NCBI GenBank assembly: GCA_951406725.2
Contig: OX597814.1
Coordinates: 125,302,001-125,366,000, forward strand
DNA length: 64,000 nt
Reading direction: 5' to 3'
DNA from: Octopus vulgaris
Taxonomy: Eukaryota
The notes below the pieces were generated by a model. That model was not told where the DNA came from. It saw nothing but the letters and a program-made list of their open reading frames with translations, and made no database searches. This document shows, piece by piece, positions 1 to 11,890 of this stretch (the stretch's first letter is position 1; every line of letters starts with the position of its first letter). The position numbers and the translations under genes are program-made.

Positions 1-262
1 TCCATCACTGGAACTATAAAACTCTGTAAAACTTCCCAGAAGTTTATCATTTTAATATATATGAGCATGTCTAGATATGCAACTATATGCATGAGACTAC
101 GTAGATGAAGCAAAACATACAAATCTGCACATATACATACATACATACATACAAAAATACCTTGTTGTTGATGTTGAAATTCCAAAGAAGGAGCCTTGGA
201 TTTAGGTTAGAAACCGGTTCTTTCTCTATTGGCAAGAAATCGTGAAATATAACTGAATAATG
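1..262 (+). mobile_element. 3' end (ORF C-terminus + 3' UTR) of R4/Dong-like RLE non-LTR retrotransposon
   Basis: 1-54 reads SITGTIKLCKTSQKFIIL, matching the C-terminus GTVKI..TYQKFSI* of the copy at 59041-59621 (-). The UTR at 160-260 matches the reverse complement of 58500-58600. It is followed by (ATAC)n. Confidence 0.7.
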
Positions 263-264
263 CC

Positions 265-421
265 ATACATACATATACACATGCATACATACATACATAC
301 ATACATACATACATACATACATACATACATACATACATACATACATACATACATACATACATACATACATACATACATACATACATACATACATACATAC
401 ATACATACATACATACATACA

Positions 422-450
<29 letters not shown>
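265..450. repeat. (ATAC)n microsatellite
   Basis: Near-perfect tetranucleotide array; source of the MYVC/HTYI ORFs. Confidence 0.98.
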
Positions 451-452
<2 letters not shown>

Positions 453-479
453 CTACATACTGTCTCGATAAAATCTTGG

Positions 480-900
480 GGAAAAGAGAACATGAATGGA
501 AACAGCCTCAACGCCAGACTTCGGCGCCTGGGGGTACTTCAAAATACTCTTGGAGGGCACTAATTCGTGATAATAATCCTTAAGTGGAGTTTCGAAATAA
601 GTAAATCTAGGGGTGCATCATTGAATACTGAGGGCATAATTGCCGTCCAACGCACCCCTTTAGCAATGGGCATGAACGGAGAACTTGTAAGAACCAGTTC
701 TTATATCCAAGCTATAGATTTTCATTTGTACCTATTATCATGGGTGTCCTGGGCTATGAAACAACTGATTGGCATAAAATCCTAGAAATGCTGAAATTCT
801 TCATAAATCAACAAAGCAAACTGATTTGCATCCTCCAAATATGACTGAATAGTAGTAAAGCGAATATTTGTAAAACATTCCAAGAATTCTCCATCTGAAA
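480..900 (+). pseudogene. Decayed C-terminal fragment of R4/Dong-like RLE retrotransposon
   Basis: Frameshifted reading GELVR..QFLYPSYRFSFVPIIMGVLGY...ICKTFQEFSI* is homologous to ORF 59068-59358 (YDELLRHLKLPYQDYNLRFIPVFIEGFGY). Confidence 0.6.
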
Positions 901-1664
901 TTCCGAGACTGTACTTACGCATACAATCGCGTCTTCATATGGCATACACATACATAAACAGTGCAGAAGCACATACATATGATAAGTAAAGTGACATGCA
1001 CACCCACAATATGTGTGCAAATTTATTCTCACATGCATATACATATATGCACGCAAACCAATTAATATCCACAAACCCCCTTGAACTGTCTTGATTTGAA
1101 CGAAAGGTCTTTGGTGTTTTGTTAGCGACCGGCTTGAATTCAGTAAATGAAAGAATGTAAATAAATCCCAAAGATATATCGTACATACAAGCATTCAATA
1201 AATATATACGAATAAGTGTCTTTATTTATATAAACGTATGTGTGTGTGTTTGTGCATGTGTGTGTTTGTGCATGTGTGTGTTTATGTGTGTGTATCTGTG
1301 TGCGTGCTTATGTTCCTGTATGTGTGTGCATGTATTTATACACTTTAGGATTTCAAAATAGAATATTTTACTTACCAAATCCGAAATTATGCAGTCCTCA
1401 TAGGAAATGGTAATAGTCTCCAAGAAAGCGCTTACTTAGATGGGGGTAATAATCAGTTCAGAAGTGTCTGTGTATCTGTATGATATTTTTTTATAGTATG
1501 TCTATATATATATATATGCAATATATATATATATATGTATGTGTGTGTGTATATATATATGTGTGTGTATATATATATATGTATATATATATATATAATT
1601 ATTCGGATGGAGATGTACAATTACCTATACACATTTCCGAATATAATTACATGTGTATATGCAT

Positions 1665-1713
<49 letters not shown>

Positions 1714-1824
1714 ACTAAAACATGTTACAGGTGTAATTCATGAGCAGTGCATGTAGACTGCGTTCTGCATTTGCTTTGAGAGCTAAACGTGTTTGTATAT
1801 ATCGACGTTAACATGACATCTCAC

Positions 1825-1860
1825 CTGCTTAGGAACCTACACACACCTATAGCGTTGGAT
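1825..1860 (-). other. Candidate 36-nt microexon
   Basis: On the minus strand: pyrimidine tract + CAG acceptor (1861-1863), 36 nt, then CAG|GTGAG donor. One frame is open (SNAIGVCRFLS). It lies in non-repetitive sequence. Confidence 0.25.
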
Positions 1861-2029
1861 CTGGTCAACAGGACATATGGCGGGACGAAGGCAAAGGAGA
1901 AGTGACAGCTGACTTTTACAAAATTAAGGTTAAATATTGTTGTAACAAGCTACTGCATGAAAGAGTTATTTAGGCCAGCCAAATGCGTGACAACCTCTCG
2001 CTTACTTAACATGTAGCTACATTGTTGAT

Positions 2030-2660
<631 letters not shown>

Positions 2661-2840
2661 ATCGTGATGATTTTTACTACAAATTATACACGGGATAATG
2701 ATAGCGCGCGTGGCAGATAAGACAAAACAGTCACAAAAACGTTATAATCTTTCCCTCTTTCTCTCTCTCTCTCTCTCTCTTTCATTTACTTAAGCACTCA
2801 TTCACTCACTCTATTTTGAGTGAGTGTGTGTATATATATA

Positions 2841-2885
<45 letters not shown>

Positions 2886-2887
<2 letters not shown>

Positions 2888-3727
2888 GTGGTGAGTTCAA
2901 AAAGTAGCCGCCCTAATTTTCCTCGCCAAAACTAATGCCGCGATGGTAAAATCCTTTGAGGGGAACGTGGCACCACCTTTTCGGCGTATGAATGAGAATT
3001 TTCGCACCGGAAGGCTGCGTCAGTTCCCGGTTGTTACTCCCAGAGTATAGACGTGCTGTGCACGCTCGTCGGATTTTCGTTTTTACGTTAGATGAGCGAA
3101 CGCACCGAGCAGAGATATTGCATCATTTTTGCCAAAAGCTTGGTGACACTCAGTCTCCAACTATGCGCAAAACTCAGATCTAGAAGTGGTGCAACCGCTC
3201 CAAAAATGGCCGCACCTTAGTGAAGAGCGAAGCATGCTCAGGCAGGCCATTCACAAAAGAAAACGAGGAACCAATTGAGAAGGTTTGGCGAATAGTCATG
3301 AAAGACCACCAGGAACAATCTAGAAAATTTCTCCCGGAATGGGAATTAGCACAGAATCAGTGCTTTCCATTTTAACCAAGTTTTTATGTTTGCAGAGAGT
3401 GTCGGCGAAATTCGTGGAAATCGCCATGAGCTGGCTGGACTATGCAAACTACGGCCTTAAATTCATAAAGACTACCATCGCTTGTGATGAAAGCTGAAGC
3501 GATTTGAGTTGCCAGAGGAAATTGTAAGAAAAGCAACGGCGGAACTCCATATCATTCTTATGAAGGCGTTCCAGAGGTGTTACCAAGAAAGAAAGAGTCG
3601 CTGGGTGAAGCGACTCTTCCATTACACCCAAGGGGCGTATATTGAAGATGATTGAATAAAATTTGTGAAATATACAAAATGTTTTATGTTTATACTCAAA
3701 GGTCGGATACCTTTTGAATACACCTTT
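2886..3727 (+). mobile_element. Internally deleted mariner element
   Basis: Imperfect TIRs (GGTGAGTTCAAAAAGTAGCCGCCCT / AGGTCGGATACCTTTTGAATACACC) in TA context; transposase remnants FCQKLGDT, ACSGRP, TIACDES. Confidence 0.8.
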
Positions 3728-3735
3728 TATATATG

Positions 3736-3948
3736 TGGTAGTTTTATATAAGTTTAAAGCTTATGACGATCACCGTGCAATGACTAGGGAAAATAGTCTT
3801 ATAACGGGGCATATGAACCCTCGACTCAAAAAGAAGGCTTTCCTATCTGTATGGGCTATCGAGAGCTTATATGCCCCGTTATTAGATTATTTTCCCCCAG
3901 TCATTGCTCAGTGATCGCCGTAAGCTTTAAGCTTATATAAAAATACCA
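3736..3948. mobile_element. Palindromic MITE-like element (~88-bp arms)
   Basis: TGGTAGTTTTATATAAG...CCCTCGA pairs with TCGAGAG...CTTATATAAAAATACCA around a ~35-bp loop. Confidence 0.7.
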
Positions 3949-4147
3949 TTTTTATTATTTATAGGATTGTAAAATACGGCATCATATAACAAAACCATTC
4001 GCAGCGAAATCATATTTGTATATATATATATATATATATATTCGGAGATTCAATTCACAATCCAATAATACATTTATATTAACATATAGTATAATATACT
4101 ATAAATATAATATAATACAACATAAAAAGATCATTAAAAAACAAAAT

Positions 4148-4226
4148 ACCAACAATTTGTTTCGACTTATATACATTATTTGATTTATAAACAATACATA
4201 TCCACTTAAATAAGTCTCTTCAGAGC
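4148..4226 (-). ncRNA. Hammerhead ribozyme-like motif (Penelope pLTR type)
   Basis: Minus strand CTGAAGA-GACTTAT...ATAAGTC-GAAAC-AAATT-GTT; perfect 7-bp stem II, weak stem I. Confidence 0.55.
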
Positions 4227-4634
4227 TTTGGTTCATAGACAGACGAAATTCCGTGTGAAACGATGGCTGGATTGCATAAAAATTAATTCAAATGCCTATG
4301 TATTATGAGCGTGAGCGTTAACTTTTCAACTACATAACAATTACAATAAAACAATCAACAAAACAGACAAAATAATTAGGTACTATCGAAATATATATTT
4401 CTATATCTCTCAAATGATATTAATCCAAATTCGTTTAGGCCGAAGACAATCTTTGGCTGTAATAATAAGATACAATAAAAAATATATAGGTATACAAATT
4501 AAGTGTCAGGGCCTTACTTAATCTAGAGACTGTAATAAAACGGGTAAATAAATATAAATGATAATATACTATTACATTGGTAATATATAACAACTCTTCT
4601 CTTTTATTTAAAGTCATTGATATAAAAAAAATTG

Positions 4635-5010
4635 TATAAAAAACTGTTCTTTATTTAGTTTATCGGAGAGAGAATTCCGTTATAAATACGAAGATAAACT
4701 TAGAGCTATAATAACTACAACCTATATTACCCCATAGATATAGAGTTAGGCTATAATAATGGATATCAAAATATTACTAGTTTTTCAGAAGTAACCAGAT
4801 TTGAAGTTACTTAAATAAGGATTATAAAAAACTGTTCTTTATTTAGTTTATCGGAGAGAGAATTCCGTTATAAATACGAAGATAAACTTAGAGCTACAAT
4901 AACTACAACCTATATTACCCCATAGATATAGAGTTAGGCTATAATAACGGATATCAAAATATTACTAGTTTTTCAGAAGTAACCAGATTTGAAGTTACTT
5001 AAATAAGGAT
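4635..5010. repeat. Tandem duplication, 2 x 188 bp
   Basis: 4635-4822 and 4823-5010 are nearly identical. Confidence 0.95.
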
Positions 5011-5203
5011 TATTCACAGAAACTGACAAGTAAATGTCCGTATGTTTTTGTTATAGAAGGGAGAATTCAGTAAATAAAGTAAGATGAACAAAAACAAGGA
5101 TTGAGTACCGATCCTCGATAAATTTAACTAATAATATTTTTTTAAATAAAGGACTATAAATAGTATATATCCAAATTTTATTCTTTCAGAAATAACAAAA
5201 TTA

Positions 5204-5623
5204 GGATCTTTTCGGTTTGAACGGCATTTTTTAACATAATTTCTAGGTAACTAAAAAATTTTAAACTTCGTATACTGGTAGAATGTGTTTATAAACATCT
5301 TTTTCTCTTGGCTTTATTGAGAAAATTCTATAGTTTGTAAGATATCTGTTGTTTTTTCTTCAATTTCTGCAATTTCAACCAATCGATGACGTCCATTGAG
5401 GTAAAAATACATTCTGTGCCGTATGAATATGTCCCTCGTTTAAGAAACAGATTGGGTTTATTTATATTTGTGAAGAAAAAAATACCCTCCCCCACCCTAA
5501 CCCTAACCAACCCTAACCCTAAAACAGATTGAAATGCAATAGATCGATACTAGGGTCATAATTATGGGTGACAATTTCATATGACACCGCTAGAAAAAAC
5601 TGCCGTTCAAACCGAAAAGATCC
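5204..5623. mobile_element. Merlin-like MITE with internal (CCCTAA)n
   Basis: 23-bp TIR GGATCTTTTCGGTTTGAACGGCA / TGCCGTTCAAACCGAAAAGATCC; 8-bp TSD CAAAATTA (5196-5203, 5624-5631); GG..CC termini. Confidence 0.85.
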
Positions 5624-6199
5624 CAAAATTATATTGTAATAGGAACACAAGTTATATACTATACAATACTATAATAATTATTATTGTAGTTATTAAATTT
5701 AGTTAGTAAGTCAATTAAAATTATTCACTTATTATCATTATCATTGTTATTATCATTATTATCATCATCATTAATAAATTAAATGAATGTACTGTTGTGT
5801 CTGTGAAGAGTCATTTTCTTTTTGTACCTCATAATTCTAACACACTCACCGGTAAAATTTCCACTTATTTCGTATTTTTATTTTCCTAAAATTTTCATTG
5901 CGTCTTGCAACCTGTTCAACACACGAACTCACATAAAGAATCTTGCAAACCAAATCCAAAAGCAAATATAAATGAATGTATTTACGCATATAATTATTTA
6001 GTACAATGAAGACACCTTACTTGTAATATGTAACTAATATTAAATTATTAATATAATGATATGTTTAACAGTAACTGATTTAATCCAATAAAAAATTAAT
6101 TTTCCAAATTCTACATTATCATATAGATTAAGATGAGAAAACTTAAAGATGTTACATATATACACACATATATATAGACATATATTCACATATTATATA

Positions 6200-6249
<50 letters not shown>

Positions 6250-6387
6250 AATACGTACATATACACATATACACGTACATATACTTATACACAGATATAT
6301 ATACATAGCTACACAAATCTACATATTGGCTTTAATACTTGCTAGCCACTTATATTATGATTATTTTTCATTAATAATATCTATATT

Positions 6388-6431
<44 letters not shown>

Positions 6432-6757
6432 TTATGTGTGTGTGTGTGCGCGCGCGCGTGTGAGCGCGCGCATGGTATAACTTGTGTATTCAGAATCGTA
6501 TGGCTATGATGAATCGAATTGTTTGTGTAAGTACGGTGTTTCGATGATCTGATGAGCTAGCTTTCTTTACTTGCATTCATTTGTGAATACACAATTGTAT
6601 TCGATAACTCTGAGCATACATATTAATGCGCACACGTACACATAATTTCTTCCGTATTAAATTAATGGTACAGAAAGAAGGATGAAATTTGTGTGGCTAA
6701 ATAAATTTATATCTTAACCTCTCATTTCTCCTGACTATGGGTGCGAATATATATATT

Positions 6758-6807
<50 letters not shown>

Positions 6808-7008
6808 GTATTGGTATCCAGACTACTCAAGATAGCAGGTAAGGCTATATAAGTGCTACGGGAGGACCGTAGTTAGACCCTCGGTTCGATAATAATACGA
6901 GCGAGGTGTCTAATGCGGGTCTTGTGTGAGCATATATATGTTAAATAAAATGAGACAACAAAGCCAAGACTGGGTGGAATTTATAGGACATTTATAAAGG
7001 GAAAGTTA

Positions 7009-7056
7009 GTCTTACAACTGTTTCTGGGATATTAGGGATATCCCTTCATCAGAGGG
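7009..7056 (-). ncRNA. Minimal type I hammerhead-like motif
   Basis: Minus: TCT-CTGATGA-A-GGGATAT..ATATCCC-A-GAAAC-AGTT-GTA-AGAC. Confidence 0.55.
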
Positions 7057-7248
7057 GATATGAGAGAGTTAATAGAAGGAAATAGTAGAGTTCAATATAA
7101 GGAGATCTTTTGGAAAAGAATGGATATAGGAAGTATAGAGAGAATTTTTATTCTCAAATTTCCCTTTATACTTCTTATATCCATCCTTTTCCAAAATAAC
7201 TCCTTATACTGAACTCTACTATTTCCCTCTAGTTAACTCTCTCATATC

Positions 7249-7296
7249 GTCTCTGATGAAGGGATATCCCCAATAACCCAGAAACAGCTGTAAGAC
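7249..7296 (+). ncRNA. Minimal type I hammerhead-like motif
   Basis: GTCT-CTGATGA-AGGG...CCCA-GAAAC-AGCT-GTA-AGAC; stem I GTCT/AGAC; palindromic stem III ACAGCTGT. Confidence 0.6.
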
Positions 7297-7824
7297 TATC
7301 TTTCCCTTTATAAATGTCCTATAAACTCCACACAGATTTGGTTTTGCTGTCTCATTTTATTTAACACACACATTATATATATGTGCAAGTGGAAGCTGTG
7401 GAAATTCCACCGAAAAAAATTTAGATGAGCTATTTAAGAAAGAAAGAGTGATTTGCATTTTTATTGTATATAAACCTCATTGCGATAAATGATACAAAAA
7501 TATACAATAACAATATATATAATGCTTAATATGTATAACATTCGTTAGAATTTAATTCTATTAAATCTGCAAGATCAATATATAATTGCATATTCTTTAT
7601 AACGCAATATTTTATCATAATTACTTTACATTATATACAATTAATGTACACAAAACGATATTGGGAATATAAATGTAAATTAAAGAAAATAACATCTATG
7701 GCCATTTTGCCAACTTATTTCATCCCCAGTCACAATAATTTATTATTCGATTTTAGAATTTCCCTATGCTAAATACTTTATATTTCTCTCTCTCTTTCCG
7801 CATGTCTCCTTCTCCCTCCCGCTC

Positions 7825-7856
<32 letters not shown>

Positions 7857-8127
7857 GCTTCAACAAACTTTTCAGCCATGTAAATCCCCTCTTCAATGTC
7901 GTTAACATTTTGTTTCTTTTTCTCTTCACCTCTCACTTCCATTAACCACGTGACAGCCAGTGTAGTGCATCAGTTAGCTGTTTGCTATCTTACTCACTCT
8001 CCCTCCCTCTCTGTCATTCTCACTCCACCTCCACCTCTTTCTAACAAACTAGAGTGTAACATGTGAACGAACACACAAGCAGAGTTATGTCTGTGCGTGT
8101 GTTCATATACATGTACCTACACATATT

Positions 8128-8183
<56 letters not shown>

Positions 8184-8792
8184 CAGATATCCCAGCTGTT
8201 TTTTTCTTGAAGCACATCTGCCCATTCCATTATTACAATCCAATATGTAGTCTCCGTTGCTGCTGTATGTTAGTTAAAATATATATTAGAATTGAGAATT
8301 ATGGAAATTTTATTTGAAGAATAATTGTATAACAAAACAGGGAATTAGAAATTATTTTGGCATCATTTATTCACCATTTGATTCTTTGTCTGCAAACCTG
8401 CGTCCATGCAGATAAATGAGAAAATGTTATAATTTTTCCAAGCATAAACCGTATTTCTCCGACTGAACCCTGTTCAAACAGATTTACAAGTTCTGAACGT
8501 CTCCATATGCAAATAAAGCGCACAAATAATTTACATAGTTGAACGTAGTAGAAATCCAGCGTTGAAAAAAAAGCAGAAACAGCAATAATTTCTAATTTAG
8601 GCGCGAGGCCAACCGTTTGGGACATAGCATGATATCATTGATACTGCAACTTGAATGGCACTTTTTTTTTTAATCGACTCCGATAAAATATGTAAGGCAA
8701 TTGTGAATTTAGTGGACTTTGAACTTAAAGTGTAAAAGTCGAAATAAATATTGGAATGTATTTTTCGATGATTTGACGATACTGTTAGCTCG

Positions 8793-8913
8793 CAATAATA
8801 ACAACAACAACAACAACAACAATTATAATAATAACAACAATTATAACAATAATAATAATAATAATAATAACAATAACAATAATAACAATAATAATAACAA
8901 TAATAATAATAAC

Positions 8914-8945
<32 letters not shown>

Positions 8946-9015
8946 TAACAATAATAACAATAATAATAATAATGATAATAATGATAATAATGATAATAAT
9001 AATAATGATAATAAT
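8793..9015. repeat. (AAT/AAC)n microsatellite, probably the tail of the adjacent LINE
   Basis: Seen directly; abuts the 3' end of the Tx1-like fragment. Confidence 0.95.
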
Positions 9016-9560
9016 CTTTTCTTTATTAACCCCTGAGGGTTCATATAAAATGATTGGGGACGGTACAGGACAATATAATACGAACAGAGTGGAGTTGAAT
9101 CGTGTAAATAAAGAACAACAATGATAATTCTAGCAATTAAAATCCCCAAAAGAGTGAGACTTCCAAGGGTTACTATTGGAAACCCGACAAAAACTAGGAT
9201 AGCCCTGACCTCTAGGGCAAGTGCCCTCTCCTCTTCATCACCCTCCATCTCGGGGCACATGCTTAGAGTAAGCCCGTTCACTCAGGCCATTCGCGCTATA
9301 TTCACTCGCCTTTTAATAAAATTACTGGTAGGGTAGTGCTTCGCTCTGTACCTTCTCTTTCAAAAGAAGGTCGGTTGATGATCTTCACGATGGACCCAGC
9401 TGATAGCCGGATCCGTCCTACATGCAACAGTAGGTGCTCGGCATAACCCCACAAGTCAGCAATGCTTGGGCACTGGACGAGGGCGTGCAGCAGTTTCGTC
9501 GTTCTGCGCGCGTCTCGAGCAAGCCCGGCTGACAGCACTTTCATGCCTGTAGTGTATTTA
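9016..9560 (-). mobile_element. 3' fragment of Tx1/L1-like LINE
   Basis: Frameshifted zinc knuckle CSRRAQNDET..HALVQCP and C-terminus FIKRRVNIARM; 3' UTR ends AATAAAGAAA + (ATT)n. Confidence 0.7.
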
Positions 9561-9599
9561 CAGATTCGGTGATATTTTTTAAAAAATTCAACAATAATA

Positions 9600-10575
9600 A
9601 TAATAATTCTTTCTGTTACAGGAACAAGGTCTGAAACTTTGGAGGAGGGACGCTAGTCGAATACATCGACTTCAGTGATCAACTGGTATTTATTTTATCG
9701 ATGAAAGGCAAAGTGAACATTGGCGGAATTTGAACTCAGAACGCATTGACGAAGAAAATGCGTGCGACGATCCTGCCAGATCGTCGTCTTCACTCAACGC
9801 CTTAATAATGGTTTCAAATTTTGGCACAAGGCCAGTAATTTCGGAGAAGGAGGTAAGACGATTACATCGACTCCAGTGATCAATTGGTACCTATTTTATC
9901 GACCCTGAAAGGGGATCTTTACTTTTTGACCGTCAGATTTAAAAAATAATTTTTGGTAATTAAACACTTTCAAGCGTCGGACACTGGTAGAATTGTTTTA
10001 TTATTAACACTTTCAAACGTCAGACACTGGTAGAATGTGTCACATAAAACATCTTTTTCTCTTGGCGTTGTTGAGAAAATTCTGTATTTAGGAAGTTATT
10101 TTTTGTTAAAGTTGTCGTATTTCGGTAATTTGAAACAATCAATGACGTGTATTCAGCTGAATAAAATTACTGCCGTTGTTTGTCAACAACAACTTCCGGT
10201 GGTGTATATTTCGTTTGTCACTGTTATTTATGAAATATTTAATCTCAGTTACGTTCGTATGGATAAACGAGTGTATCTGAAGCATGTTTACTTCATGGCA
10301 CCACCATAATCGTTCCTGCTTCGTTTTTCATTTTTTTTCCGTAATTCTAACCCTATAACTTCAACCCTAACCGTCAAACCTTAACCCTAACCCCAACCCT
10401 AAAACCTTAAAACTAAAAAAACTAAAACTAGTACAAACGCACGAACGATGTCAAAAGGTAAAGATCCCTGAAAGGATGAAAGGTAAAGTCCACCTCGGTG
10501 GAATTTGAACTCAGAAGGTAAAAAACGGAAGAAATGCCGCTAAGCATGTTGCCTGGTGTGCTGCTTACGATTCTG
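9600..10575 (-). mobile_element. Two SINE-B copies (Nin/Deu-like domain); the second is interrupted by a MITE
   Basis: Matches the SINE-B consensus; sequence resumes after the TSD at 10468. Confidence 0.8.
9913..10467. mobile_element. Merlin-like MITE with degenerate (CCCTAA)n, relative of 5204-5623
   Basis: TIR GGATCTTTACTTTTTGAC / GTCAAAAGGTAAAGATCC; 8-bp TSD CTGAAAGG (9905-9912, 10468-10475); shares internal TTTTCTCTTGGC..GAGAAAATTCT. Confidence 0.85.
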
Positions 10576-11339
10576 TGAGAAATAGGCAAATGGCAAACTC
10601 GAACCAGATTTTTTATTAAGAGTTTGTTGGTTTCCTAGAAGCGGAGGTGTATAAGAAGGGTCATTTGCTGGGGAAAAATATATATAAGTAATCAGTTTGA
10701 TACATGCAACAGAATGTAGAACTCTTGTAAAATAGCAGCTTAAAGAAACAAACAGAATCAATATTTAGAGAAAAACAACTTCAAAACATTAGAGCGAGAA
10801 ACATAAATCAAACTATTACAGGACTTCAGATTTTACTCATCCTGAATTAATAAAAAATATATAAATAAATAAATAAATAAATAAAACTTCAGAAAAATAA
10901 AAACTATTCAACCGACATAAATAAACGACTAAAGATTTACGTTTATCACAGATGTTAAGTAGAGTAAAAGTACTGCATTATGTTTATTTATTTATTTACA
11001 TTATATAGTTATATACATACGTGTGTGTTTGTTTATTTTGCTTTGTAGCATTTATACGCAAATCGTAAGTAAACGAACAATCGTAGAGTGTACATAAATA
11101 TACACATTAATAGCATTAAGAATATTGAAATATATATCTTCTTCAGACAATGGGTGTTTGCAAAACAATTGTGCAGCTAAATGGAGATAACCCTAAATTG
11201 ACCGCATAAAACACAAGATAAATATTTGAGAAATACCGATAGCTTCTTCCACAAAAAACAAAAAACAAAAACAAATGTACACATATAAATGTATATGTAT
11301 GTATATGTGCTGATATATACATGTGTGTGTGTGTGTGTT

Positions 11340-11670
11340 GGCGCAGGTGTATCTGTGTTGTAAGAATTTTGCTTCCCAAGCACATGGTTCCGAGTTCAGA
11401 TCCTCTGCGTGGCACCTTGCGCAAGTGTCTTCTGCTATACCTTCGTGTCAAGCAAAGCCTTGTGAGTGGATTTGGTAGACGGAAACTGAAAGAAGCTCGT
11501 CATATATATATGGTTACTTCCTCGTATCCTAGCGGTTCAGCAAAATAGATCGATGCAATAAGTACCAGGCTTTAAAACAAAATAAGCAGTGATATCGATT
11601 CATTCGACTCAAACTATTCAAGACGGTGCCCCAGCATAGCCGCAGTCGAATGACTGAAGCAAGTTAAAGA
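11340..11670 (+). mobile_element. SINE-A (tRNA head, CORE-like, internal microsatellite)
   Basis: Matches the other copies: GGCACCTTG.GCAAGTGTCTTC...CCAGCAT.GCCGCAGTC.AATGACTGAA. Confidence 0.85.
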
Positions 11671-11890
11671 ATATATCTGCACACATATTGTATGTGATAT
11701 TTTTTCGAACGCAGAGTAGCCCTTAGAATAGCAGAAATACTGGATAAGTTACCTTTACAAGGCGGAAAAATTTGTCAACAACCAGCCATGGGACTCGAAT
11801 CCATATCCCTCAAAGATTGCAGTTGAGTCTTTACTATTAAGGTAAACTGCCCACTGACAAATTCACCGCCGCATATATAAAGATTTCTAT

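Larger units (their letters stand above)
6939..7366. mobile_element. ~430-bp palindrome: inverted pair of Penelope-like pLTR segments
   Basis: Arms ~6939-7145 and ~7155-7366 are diverged reverse complements; each holds a hammerhead core; flanked by TA-rich microsatellite. Confidence 0.75.

Noticed and set aside
83-583. Long ORFs with MYVC/HTYI repeats (also ~22000-23060, 34700-35080, 41600-43200, 57080-57380, 60330-60670)
   Set aside because: Translations of (ATAC)n, (TA)n and (CA)n microsatellites that simply lack stop codons
5495-5522. (CCCTAA)n as a true telomere
   Set aside because: Only a few units, lying inside a TIR/TSD-bounded MITE
6549-6575. CTGATGAG as a hammerhead core (also 50816 and 54496)
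   Set aside because: No properly placed stem II + GAAA + NUH
8371-8625. 84-aa ORF in unique sequence as an exon
   Set aside because: No recognisable homology; splice signals ambiguous
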